A stretch of DNA of 64,000 bases from Heptranchias perlo (lineage: Eukaryota), in assembly GCF_035084215.1 (NCBI RefSeq), contig NC_090329.1, positions 44,516,001 to 44,580,000 on the forward strand, in the 5' to 3' direction. This document shows, one piece after another, positions 11,826 to 23,181 of this stretch. Below the pieces are notes generated by a model. That model did no database searches. It was not told where the DNA came from and saw only the letters and a list, made by a program, of their open reading frames with translations. The position numbers were made by a program, and so were the translations under genes. Numbering within the stretch: the stretch's first letter is position 1; each line of letters opens with the position of its first letter.

Positions 11826-14677
11826 CATAGAATTGAATCGTAGAAAATTTATGGCACAGAAGGAGGCCATTCGGCCCATCGTGTCCATGCCGGCCGAAAA
11901 TGAGCCACCCAGCCTAATCCCACTTTCCAGCACTTGGTCCGTAGCCTTGTAGGTCACAGCATTTCAGGTGCACATCCAGGTACTTTTTAAATGAGTTGAG
12001 GGTTTCTGCCTCTATCACCCCTTCAGGCAGTGAGTTCCAGACCCCTACCATCCTGTGGGTGAAAAATGTTTTCCTCAGCTCCCCTCTAATCCTTCTACCA
12101 ATCACATTAAATCTATGCCCCCTGATTATTGACCCCTCTGCTAAGGGAAATAGGCCCCTCATAATTTGGTACACCTCAATTAAATCACCCCTCAGCCTCC
12201 TCTGTTCCAAGGAGAACAACCCCAGCCTATCCAATCTTTCCTTACAGCTAAAATTCTCCAGTCCTGGCAACATCCTCGTAAATCTCCTCTGTACCCTCTC
12301 TAGTGCAATTACATCCTTCCTATAATGTGACGACCAGAACTGTACGCAGTACTCAAGCTGTGGCCTAACTAGCGTTTTATACAGTTCTAGCATAATCTCT
12401 CTGCTCTTATATTCTATGCCTCAGCTAATAAAGGAAAGTATTCCATATGCCTTCTTACCCATCTTATCTACCTGTCCTACTACCTTCAGGGATCAGTGGA
12501 CATGCACTCCAAGATCCCTCACTCCTCTACACCTTTCAATAGCCTCCCATTTATTGTGTACTCCCTTTCCTTGTTTGCCCTCCCCAAATACATTACCTCA
12601 CACTGCCCCGGATTGAATACCATTTGCTATTTTTCTGCCCACCTGACCAGTCCATTGATATCTTCCTGCAGTCTACAGCTTTCCTCCTCACTATCAACCA
12701 CACGGCCAATTTTTGTATCATCTGCAAACTTCTTAATCATGCCCCATACATTTAAGTCCAAATCATTAATATATATCACAAAAAGCAAGGGGCCTAGTAC
12801 TGAGCCCTGCGGAACCCCACTGGAAACAGCCTTCCAGTCACTAAAACACCCATCGACCATTACCCTTTGCTTCCTGCCACTGAGCCAATTTTGGATCCAA
12901 CTTGCCACTCTCCCTTGGATCCCATGGGTTTGTACTTTTTTTGATCAATCTACCATGTGGGACCTTGTCAAAAGCCTTGCTAAAATCCATGTAGACTACA
13001 TCAAATGCACTACCCTCATCGACCTTCCTAGTTAACTCCTCAAAAAATGCAATCAAGTTAGTCAGACACAACCTTCCCTTAACAAATCCATGCAGACTGT
13101 CCTTGATTACTCCGTGGCCTTCTATGTGACGGTTTATCCTGTCCCTCAGAATAGATTCCAATAATTTGCCCACCACAGAGGGCAAATTATTGGAATCTAT
13201 TCTGGCTGGCCTGTAATTACTCTGTCTATCCCTCGCTCCCTTTTTAAACAATGGTACAACGTTAGCAGTTCTCCAATCCTCCAGCACCATGCCTGTATCC
13301 AGCAAGGATTGGAAAATGATGGTCAGAGCCTCTGCTATTTCCTCCCTTGCTTCTTTTAACAGCCTGGGATATATTTCATCTGGCCCTGTTGATTTATCTA
13401 CTTTCAAAGATGCTAATCACCTTAATACTTCCTCTCTCACTAAGTTTATCCCATCCAATATTTCACACTCCTCAACTACAATGTCTGCACATCCCTCTCT
13501 TTTGTGAAGACAGACGCAAAGTATTCATTAAGAACCATACCAACATCTTCTGCCTCCACACATAGTTTACCTTTTTGGTCTCTAATAGGCCCTACTCTTT
13601 CCTTAGTTATCCTCTTGCTCTTAATGTATTTATAAGAACATCTTTGGGTTTTCCTTGATTTTACATGCCAATATTTTTTCACGCCCTCTCTTTGCTTTCC
13701 TAATTTCCTTTTTAATTTCACCCCTGCACTTTTTATAGTCCTCTAGGCTTTCTATAGTATTGAGTTCTCTGTGTCTGACACAAGCTTTCCTTTTCTGCTT
13801 TATCTTACCTTGTATGCTCCTTGACATCCAGGGGGCTCTAGATTTGGCAGCCCCACCCTTTTTCTTTGTGGGAACATGTTTACTCTGCGCCCCTTGAATG
13901 CCTCCCACTGCTCGCTCATTGATTTACCTTCAAGTAGCTGTTTCCAGTCCACTTTTGCTAAATCACTGCTTAGCTTAGTAAAATTGGCCTTTCCTCAATT
14001 GAGAACTTTAACTCCTGTTCTATCTTTGTCCTTTTCTATAAATATGCTAAAACTAACTGAATTATGATCACTACCACCAAAATGCTCTCCCCACTGATGC
14101 TCCTTCCACCTGCCCAGCCTCATTTCCTAAAACTAAATCCAGAAGTTCCCCCTCTCTTGTTGGGCTTGCTACATACTGGCTAAAAAAGTTCACTGAGTGC
14201 AATTTAAGAATTTTGCGCCTTCTATACCCTTTACACTGTGTCCCAGTTAATATTAGGGTAATTGAAATCCCCTATTACTACCCTATTGTTTTTGCATTTC
14301 CCAGATATTTGCCTACATATTTGCTCTTTTATCTCCCTCTGACTGTTTGGGGGTCTATAGTACACTCCTAGTAGTGTGACTGCCTCTTTTTTGTTCCTTA
14401 GCTCAACCCAAATGGCCTCATTTGATGATCCTTCTAACATACCACCCCTCCTCACAGCTGTAATTGCTTCATTAACCAAAATTGCCACCCCCCTCCTTTT
14501 TTATCCCCTTCTTGATCTCGTCTGAAAACCCTGTAACCAGGAACGTTGAGATGCCATTCCTGCCCCTCTTTAAGCCATGTTTCTGTAATAGTAAGATATC
14601 ATACTGCCACGTGTCTATCTGTGCCCTCAGCTCATCTGCCTTATTCACTATACTCCTTGCATTGGAGGTATATACCT
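11826..14677 (-). mobile_element. 5'-truncated CR1 LINE with frameshifted ORF2 (APE endonuclease and RT)
   Basis: ORF pieces GVYYRPPN, GDFNYPNINW, DFSKAFDKVPH, GVPQGSVLGPLLF, KFADDTK and LYKTLVRPQLEYC; CR1 3' UTR and tail at about 11826. Confidence 0.96.
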
Positions 14678-14688
14678 TTAAGATATAC

Positions 14689-14817
14689 CTGTCAGACGTG
14701 GAGCTAAGATTTTGTGGAGGATTCGGTCATCAGCAAAAAGACCAATGATTTTGAATTGGTGCGATTTTTCTGCAATTAATTGAATTGGAATAAGCCTCTA
14801 TAATTAGCTTAGTTTCG
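14689..14817 (-). pseudogene. Candidate pseudo-exon, 129 nt, phase 1-1
   Basis: ctcttcctaatacag|CGAAAC...TGACAG|gtatat; KLS*L*RLIPIQLIAEKSHQFKIIGLFADDRILHKILAPRLT. Confidence 0.6.
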
Positions 14818-14889
14818 CTGTATTAGGAAGAGCGCAAGGAAAAAAAAAGGACAGCTAAAATAATTTATTCTATTTACTATCCATTGATC

Positions 14890-15075
14890 CATGCTGGAAA
14901 GTGTAAATGCATTCACACAGACTTTGGGTAAGGATAAGTTCAGGCTTTGTTTGTGATGACCTCACAATAGTGATAATCTCACAATACCATGTAAGCTCAT
15001 ACCCGAATAGCTATCTGGGTAAGGTACTAGAAAGTTGTCAGTCCCAGTGGAACCATACCATAGCCTGAGCATGCC
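14890..15075 (+). mobile_element. LF-SINE-like fragment
   Basis: gctggaaagtgt...gggtaaggataag...gtggaaccatacc resembles the 3' half of the copy at 49.8 kb. Confidence 0.5.
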
Positions 15076-15539
15076 TTCAAAAAAAGAAAATAGCTGAACT
15101 TATACAAGACATTTGCATCACACGATAATGTAGCATAATGCTACAAGAGTGAAACAGGTTAAATTGATAAGGCCTACAAAACAGATTGCAAACAGAACAC
15201 TTCACACAACAGGGCCTTGAAAAAAAAAGGTACCTGACAACATCACAAGTTCAATCATAACCCAAACTAGCACAGATTAAAGAAAATCAACTAGTACAAA
15301 AACATGAAAAGTACAGAACTAAAGGAAAGCTTAACCAGACCACAATAAATAACCCATAGGGATGGAAAACTGCAAACACCAGTTATTAAGATCTTAAGGC
15401 TATCAGGACAGAACAGAACACAAAAAAAATTAAGACATAAAATAATACAGCAACTATAGAAAGCCTAATCAAGACATACAAATGCTATCAGATTATATAT
15501 TGTTCAACAGTACCAAATATAAGCAGCAGGATTTTAAAA

Positions 15540-15987
15540 AAATATTTGTTCTTGGGATGTGGGCAATGCTGGCAAGCCACCTTTATTGCCATTCCTAGTT
15601 GCCCTGAAAAGGTGGTTGGGGGGGGGGGGGGGGGGGAGAAAGGGGGCTTTCTCCTTGAACCATTACAATCCTTGTGCTGATGCTGCTCCCAATTAGTTAG
15701 GTAATTCCAAATTTTGACCCAGTGACAATGAAGCAACTGATATATGTTCAATTCAGGATGGCATGAAAGTGAACTTGGAGGGGATGTTCCCAAGATCTTG
15801 CAATTTTGTGGTAAAGGTGAGAGGGCTAGGGAGTGCTGTCAAAGTAAGCTTGGTGAGTTGCTGCAGTGCAGCCTGTAGATAGTACATACTGCAGCCACAG
15901 TGCACCCGATGGTGGATACTGAGTTCAGTGGCGGTCACTGATGAAGCACTGTAGATGGTTGGACCAAGGGCAATGCCCCGAGGAACT
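15540..15987 (-). mobile_element. LINE 3' remnant (CR1/L2 clade); related fragment at about 7860-8040
   Basis: The block gggatgtgggcaa..ctggcaa...ttt a.tgc is shared with 7869-7925; the minus ORF is LINE-like. Confidence 0.55.
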
Positions 15988-18420
15988 CATAGTATCATAG
16001 TAGGTACAGCACAGGAGGCAGCTATTCGGTCCATTGTGCCTGTGCCAGCTCTTTGAAGGAGCGATCCAATTAGTCCCATTCCCCTGCCCTTTCCCCATAG
16101 CCCTGTAAATTTTTTCCCTTCAAGTATTTATCCAATTCCCTTTTGAAAGTTACTACTGAATCTGTTTCCACCACCCTTTCAGGCAGTGCATTCCAGATCA
16201 TTACAACTCGCCGCGTAAAATAACGTTTCCTCATGTTGCTTCTGGCTCTTTTGCCGATCGCCTTAAATCAGTGTGCTCTGGTTACCGTCCCTTCTGCCAC
16301 TGGAAACAGTTTCTCCTTTTTTAGTCTATCAAAATCCTTCATGATTTTGAACACCTCTATCAAATCTCCTCTTAAGCTTCTCTGTTCTAAGGAGAACAAC
16401 CCCAGCTTCTCCAGTCTCTACACACAGCTGAAGTCCCTCATCCCTGCTTTCGTTCCAGCAAATCTCTTCTGCATCCTCTCTAATGCCTTGATAACCTTCC
16501 TAAAGTGTGGTACCCAGAATTGAATATAATACTCCAGCTGAGGCCTAACCAGTGTTTTATAAAGGTTTAGCATAACTTCCTTGCTTTTGTACTCTCTACC
16601 TGCATTTACAAAGCCCAGGATCCCATGTTTTTTATATAAAAAAATAGCCTTCTCAACTTGTCCTGCACCTTAAAAGATTTGTGTAAATGCATCACTTCAC
16701 ACTTCATTGCAGTAAATTTCATCTGCCATGCGTCTGGCTATTTTACCAGTCTGTCTATGTACTCCTGAAGTTTGTTGCTATCCTCCACATTGTTTACTAC
16801 ATTTCCAAGTTTCATGTCATCTAAAAACTTTGAAATTATACCCTCTATACCCAAGTCCAGATCATTAATATATATTAAAAAGAGCAGTGGTCCTAATACT
16901 GACCCCTGGGGAACACCATTGTATACTTCCCTCCAGTTTGAAAAACAACCATTCACCACTACTTTCTGCTTTCTGTACCCTAGCCAATTTTATCTCCATG
17001 CTACCACTGTCCTTTTAACCCCAATGGGCTTTAATGTTGCTAACTTGTCTATTATTTGGTACTTTATCAAATGTCTTTTGAAAGTCCATATACACATCAA
17101 CCGCATTACCCTCAGCAATCCTCTCCATTACTTCATCAAAGAACTCAATCAAGTTAGTCAAACACAATTTTCCTTTAACAAATCCATGCTGACTTTCATT
17201 TATTAGCCCATACTTTTCTAAGTGCCAATTAATTTTGTCCCGGGATTATTGCCTCTAAAAGTTTCCCCAATACTGACGTTAAGCTGACTGGCCTGTAATT
17301 GCCGGGTTTATCCCCCTCTCCTTGACGAACAGGAATGTAACATTTGCAATCCTCCAGTCCTCCGGCACCATCCGCAAATCTAAGGGGGATTGGAAGATTA
17401 TGGCCAGAGCCTCCACAATTTCCACCCTTACTTCCCTCAGTAATCTAGGATGCATCCCATCTGCACTGGGTGATTTTTCTACTTTGAGTACTGCCAATCT
17501 TTTAAGTACCTTATCTTCATCTATTTTTATCCTATCCAATATCGCTATTACCTCCTCCTTTACTGCTACAATAGCAGCATCCTCTTCTCTAGTGAAGAAT
17601 AGGTGCGAAATATTCACTTAGTGCCGCAGCTATGCCCTCTGCCTTCACAAGATCATCTTTTTTGTCTCTAATTGGTCCTACGCTTCCTTTGATTACCCTT
17701 TTGCTACTTATATGTTTATAAAAGACTTTCGGGTTCCCTTGTACATTAGCCTATAATCTATTCTCATACTCTCTCTTTGCCCCTCATTCCCTTTTCAGAT
17801 CTCCTCTGTACTTTCCGTATTCAGCCTGGCTCTCTACTGTATTATGAGCCTCATCATAAGCCTCCTTTTTCTGCTTCATTTTAATCTCTATATCTTTAGT
17901 CATCCAGGGAGCTCTAGCTTTGGATACCCTTCCTTTCCCCATCATAGGGCTGTGTCTACTCTGTACCCAAACCAAGCCCTCCGCCTTCCATTGTTCAATT
18001 ACTGTTTTGCCTACCAATTTTTGATTCCAATTCACCTAGGCAAGATCTCTTTTTAACTCAATGAAATCTGCCCTCCTCCAGTTAAACATTTTTAACATTT
18101 GATTGTTCCTTGTCCTTGTCCTTTTCCATAACTATTCTAAACTGAATGATATTTTGATCACATATTTTGAGCAGTTCCCTAAATGCTCCCCCACGGAAAC
18201 ATGTTCCACCTGCCCAACTTCATTCCCCAGAACTAGATCCAGCACTGTTTCCTTCCTGACTGGGCTGCAAACACACTGTTGCAGAAAGCTCTCCAACACA
18301 TTTCAGGAATTCCTCCCCCTCTTTGCCCTTTACACTGTAACTGTCCTAGTCTAAACGGGGGAATTCAATTTTCGCAATAATCACTACTCTATAATTCTTG
18401 CATCTTTCTGTAACTCCTGC
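15988..18420 (-). mobile_element. 5'-truncated, degenerate CR1 LINE
   Basis: GVPQGSVLGPLLFLIYINDLD, GMHPRLLRE, VPEDWRIANV and APWMTKDI; CR1 3' UTR at about 15990-16080. Confidence 0.95.
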
Positions 18421-18584
18421 AGCCATGTCCTGGGGCTGCTCTCATCCCAATATTTAAGCCTTGTTGTCTAATTAAGACCAAACTGGAAATAGGTAGACTT
18501 TTATTTCCAAATATTGACAATTCAAATGCAATGCATGGAAATTATAATACAAACATCAAGTTCACAAATTAAAACAACAAATAG

Positions 18585-19300
18585 AAATGGAAACAGAGCA
18601 GAGGGACCTGGGGGTGCATATTCACAAATCTTTGAAGGTGGCAGGGCAAGTTGATAAGGCAGCTGAGAAAGCATATGGGATACTTGGCTTTGTAAATAGG
18701 GGTATTGAATAGAGAAACAAGGAAGTCATGCTAAACTTTTACAAATCACTGGTTAGGCCTCAGCGGGACTACTGTGTACAATTCTGGGCACCATCACACT
18801 TTAGGAAGGATGTCAAAGCCTTGGAGAGGGTAAGGAGGTGGTTTACCGGGATGACAACCAGGATGAGGGACTTCAGTTATGTGGAGAGATTGAAGAAGCT
18901 GGGATTTTTGTCCTTATAGCAGAGAAGGTTATGGGGAGACCTAATAGAGGTATTCAAAATTATATGAGGTTTGATGGAGCAAGTAGGGAAAAACGGTTTT
19001 CTCTGGCAAGTGGGTCGGTAACCATAGGTCATAGCTTTAAAATGACTGGCAAAAGAACTAGAAGGGAAATGAAGAAATTTCTTTCACAGAGGGTTGTTAG
19101 GATCTGGAATGCACTACCTGAAAGGACTGTGGAAGCAGATTCCATAGGAACTTTCAAAAGGCAATTGGACATGCACTTGAGGGCTAACTTGCAGGGTTAT
19201 GGGGAAAAAGTTGGGGCCTAAATTGGACAGCTCTTTCAAAGAGCCGGCATAGGCACGACGGGCCGAATGGTCTCCTTCAGTGTTGTAAGATTCTATGATT
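18585..19300 (+). mobile_element. CR1 LINE 3' end
   Basis: FYKSLVRPQRDYCVQFWAP and SQRVVRIWNALPE; ends in a ttctatgatt tail. Confidence 0.93.
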
Positions 19301-19659
19301 GTGAAACCAAGGAACCAGCTGTTAATAAATAAATATTTCAAAAGTGTCAACCAGCATTAAATTCTCCGAAAACAATAATAAACTTGTTATGGCTTAACAC
19401 CATAGTAAGAGGAATTTTAACACAAGAAACTAAACAAAATGGTGAGATCGACATTAAAATGCATTTTGAATGTAGTACCAAATGGCAACGTATAGGAGAC
19501 AGAATGCTTGTGACACAAGAAAAATCTCAGGGTGCAAACAAACGTTATGTATGATCCAGTAACTTCCCACAGAAAATGTAAAGAATGAGGCACCAATGTT
19601 ATAGGATTTCCTAGTTTACCTGGACAGAAACACAGAAGAATCCACAATTTAACTCTTAC

Positions 19660-19831
19660 CAATGTTTGTGGACAATGGGCCATTTGTGCATGATACAATC
19701 TAGCCATCTAGCCCTCAAGAGTTCTTGCTACTTCACTATTTTGGAGGTAGGTGTACTCAGTATCCTGTGCTTTTGGAAACTAGTTAGTCTCACTACACGG
19801 AATATTCACATTCACATGATTTCACAAGAAA
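19660..19831 (-). pseudogene. Candidate pseudo-exon, 172 nt
   Basis: tatctctacag|TTTC...ACATTG|gtaaga; stops in all frames. Confidence 0.4.
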
Positions 19832-20160
19832 CTGTAGAGATACTGTTGCTCAATGTCTTGAACACACAACTTTAAGGTTTTTAACCAAGAATCTTCAAAT
19901 ATTTAAATATTACACTGAAATATCATTGCACATAAATGCAATAAATTGAATGATAATTCAGAGCTAACACTGTCCAGGGATGTTCCATAAATGGGGAGTA
20001 CATCAAAGGGAGAGTGTAAACCTTCAAACATGTTTATACTAATTATTTTATATGAATAGTTGTTATATCTCTATTAATAAATGCTTCTGCTAGAGGCTTT
20101 TTTTAAAATAAAGTTTAAAAATTGTGTCGTGTTCATCTCCTGGGTGTGTATTGTAGGTGC

Positions 20161-20286
20161 CTGCAGGAACAGTTCACACTCAAAATACACTACACAGCTG
20201 CAGTTAGTGCAGATCAATTTTGGCTTCGCAATGTGCACACTGCACAGTGAAACTGGTAAATTCTGCTCTTCCACCAGTAGCAGTTC
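20161..20286 (-). pseudogene. Candidate exon, 126 nt, phase 0-0, open
   Basis: cttcatttattag|ELLLVEEQNLPVSLCSVHIAKPKLICTNCSCVVYFECELFLQ|gcacct; the donor is GC or degenerate. Confidence 0.55.
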
Positions 20287-20504
20287 CTAATAAATGAAGA
20301 ACACCATAATTTACATTGTTGCACTGGTCTTCATAAAACTTTACTTCATATTTCTTACAGCATTTTGTTCGAAGCACATTAAAACTGTCAATCATTAGAC
20401 GCTGAGCAGAATTTAAATGGTAATATTTTGTGAACAGTATCTGGCACTAGCACTCATGTCATCCGATCATATTAAAGTGGAAGAGAAACTATTATACATG
20501 TTGC

Positions 20505-20585
20505 CTTTAACAAAATAACCACGTTCAACATGGTAAGGTTTCAAGGTGACTACTGAACTCGGGAAGTTTCATCAACAATTATAAC
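20505..20585 (-). pseudogene. Candidate pseudo-exon, 81 nt, phase 0-0
   Basis: gcatag|VIIVDETSRVQ*SP*NLTMLNVVILLK|gcaaca; weak splice sites. Confidence 0.35.
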
Positions 20586-20950
20586 CTATGCCCACGAGTT
20601 GAAGAGGATGGTACTTCATAGCAAATAAGCATAAAAGTGTGTACGTCCAAATTTTAGAAGGAAATATCGCTGGTAAGTTTTGGCTGAAAATATTCTTCTG
20701 TTCAGTGAGATTTTATTCAGGCCTCCGGAAAATAATTAACATAACTTTATTGGCTTTTCCAATGCATCATACAAATTCCACACACCACAACTACAATAGA
20801 ATCCATAAGGGTCAGTGTTCATCTCTGTTGCTTAGTAAAGGAATTCCAATACAAATGTGATTTTGTGCAAATGAGTATTAATTAACTGGTTTATATGAGC
20901 TTCTGACATAGTAGAATTATTGTCAATGTGCAGGGAGGAAATTCTCTCAC

Positions 20951-21033
20951 TTGGAGCAAGGTGGTCAAAATGTTATGCTCCTCTGGTTCTGGGCAAACTC
21001 ATCCCACTACAGAACTGTAAGTTGTTGGATTGC
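20951..21033 (-). pseudogene. Candidate pseudo-exon, 83 nt, phase 1-0
   Basis: gttag|NPTTYSSVVG*VCPEPEEHNILTTLLQ|gtgaga. Confidence 0.5.
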
Positions 21034-21456
21034 CTAACCTTACATAAGTGTCATGCTAAAATTATAGTGTGCGCTGTCTGCTAAGACAACAGCAGTTACT
21101 CTTTAACAGGTAGCTTTGGATTACTTTGGATCATCTTTAAAAAGAAATACTTGCATTTATATAGCCTTCTTATGCTGTTGAAAAAAATGCACTGACTGTA
21201 GGCAAACTCAGTCATTTTGTACCATTAATACCTTACAAACTGCACTTACATCAACTCTTCTAAGAGTTAAACTGTCATGAGAGGCCAGTGAGTGTTGCTG
21301 CCATTCTCTTTCTCTCCCTCCCCCCACCAATAGGATTAATTGAATAGCTCTTCAGAGAGCCGGCACGGACACAATGGGCCGAAAGGCCTCTTTCTGTGCT
21401 GTATGATTCTATGAACTCCATGATATGATTAAGCAATATACCAGTATTTCACTCAC

Positions 21457-21639
21457 ATTGGTGCACAGTAATCAAAGTGTCTGAAAGCTGCCTATTACTG
21501 GTGAAGCATCACTTTTGCACTGTTCCAGACAGAAGAGGTGCAGAGACTATAGTGCGCTGATCATGCTGCATATGGCATATTACTACTAATCCCCTTCCCC
21601 TCCACAGCAGTGCCAAAACATTCTTGCATGCTGATTCTA
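21457..21639 (-). pseudogene. Candidate pseudo-exon, 183 nt, phase 1-1
   Basis: tttgtttcctctgctag|ESACKNVLALLWRGRGLVVICHMQHDQRTIVSAPLLSGTVQK*CFTSNRQLSDTLITVHQ|gtgagt. Confidence 0.65.
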
Positions 21640-22106
21640 CTAGCAGAGGAAACAAAAAAACAAATGACCATGATCTGCACAGCACAAAATAACGCCCGGA
21701 ATTCACTGAGCATCTCATTTGGAAAGGATCGATGAATCGCTTGGTAATGCTCAGAATGAAATATCACCAACAGCCTATGCATCTATACTTAATGTAAAAA
21801 TGCCAAAGATTTACACAGATCTTCTACAGTATAGCAAATTCTCCCCACCCCTCATGAAAGCAGTGGTTCATGCAGTGCTATGATTCCACAGGCTCCAGTA
21901 CTTTGCCCAGGTGACCATTCTTCATGTGTGAGCCCCAGCAGTGAGTGTTGGCAGACAAAAAGGTTGCTCCATTTCATTTTCCCGATTATGATTTTTTTTT
22001 AATACCCATAAGAAGGAATGCAAAGAATTCCACAGCTGTCATTTCTAGCTTACTCTATCACTACATTGAAATCAGGGTTCATGATCCTTAGAGGCCTACA
22101 ACTTAC

Positions 22107-22321
22107 CCCAAGAGTTGTACTGTACTGTTTCCTGACGGACTGTTTTCATAAGATAGGCAAGGTCCTTGACGGAGCAAACATAATGGTGTAATACTTTCTT
22201 TGGATTCAAACTTAGCCAATATGGGGGATGGACCGCTCTATTCATCACTCTGAGTCATAACTGTACTTCATGTCTGCTAAGTTACACAGTTGTACTGCTC
22301 GCAGGCCAATGAATCACCAGT
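22107..22321 (-). pseudogene. Candidate pseudo-exon, 215 nt, phase 2-1
   Basis: cacatag|LVIHWPASSTTV*LSRHEVQL*LRVMNRAVHPPYWLSLNPKKVLHHYVCSVKDLAYLMKTVRQETVQYNSW|gtaagt. Confidence 0.65.
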
Positions 22322-22870
22322 CTATGTGCCGACAGTCAAAACAAAAATAACTGGACACTCATAAATCACCTGGCCACATACATAGTAGTTTTAAAACTGG
22401 GGCCTTTGAACTTTAAGGGAGGTAGGAGGGAATCCTAGGAGTCCCATCAGATTTCTGTATTGTCCCATATTTGTTGATTTTGAAGCATTCTATTTCTGTT
22501 GCTGCATACAAATAAAATTCATTTTCTACAAAGATGGTGCCATTAATCTCTGGATAATTCACACTGTCTTTTGGTAGTGAGGACAGGTGGTGGGGGGGGG
22601 GGGGCGGTGGCGGGGGATGTGTGTCAATGTTTGCAAGGAGCCCATGGAGGCATAACACACTGAAAAGTTTCAAAACCACTGCATGATTCACCCAGTCTCA
22701 TTTTCTCCCCTCCTGTCCTGAAATCATTTATTCATTGTGGGATATACCTTCACAGGCACCAAGAACAAGGTAGCCAATCTTAACGTATGATATCAAACCA
22801 CAGCCGCGAGAAGGGGAGACGGGGTTTTTCACACATGAAGTTTCCAAGCAGAAGTCACTTAATAATATAC

Positions 22871-22997
22871 CGTCTAAATGCTTCAGTTCGATATTGGCCT
22901 TGTAATTCGTTGAAAAGGATCCAGGATTTTACATCTATTTGGAAGAATCACATCGGCTGGTTTACAGAGCATAAATTACTAGATATGTACAGCAGGT
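22871..22997 (-). pseudogene. Candidate pseudo-exon, 127 nt, phase 1-2
   Basis: gttgttttctag|LLYISSNLCSVNQPM*FFQIDVKSWILFNELQGQYRTEAFR|gtatat. Confidence 0.65.
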
Positions 22998-23181
22998 CTA
23001 GAAAACAACTAGATCTCACCTAGGCTTTTTTGTTTCAATCAAATGCACTGTTTCCACCACCACAATCGCTGAGTTCAGCTGATAAGATAAACTCTGATCT
23101 GTGTGGATCAGCACCACACCATGTAGTGCATTTACCCACTCAGCCCCTATATAATTCTATGTAATGTAAACTTCTAGACAG

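Noticed and set aside
11996-13565. Long plus-strand ORFs (for example 12496-13035, 179 aa; also 16772-17206 and 45089-45445)
   Set aside because: They are antisense frames of CR1 ORF2 and recur in each copy.
15618-15637. Poly-G tracts (also about 22590 and 26751) as functional G-quadruplexes
   Set aside because: They are simple homopolymer expansions whose length is unreliable in assemblies.
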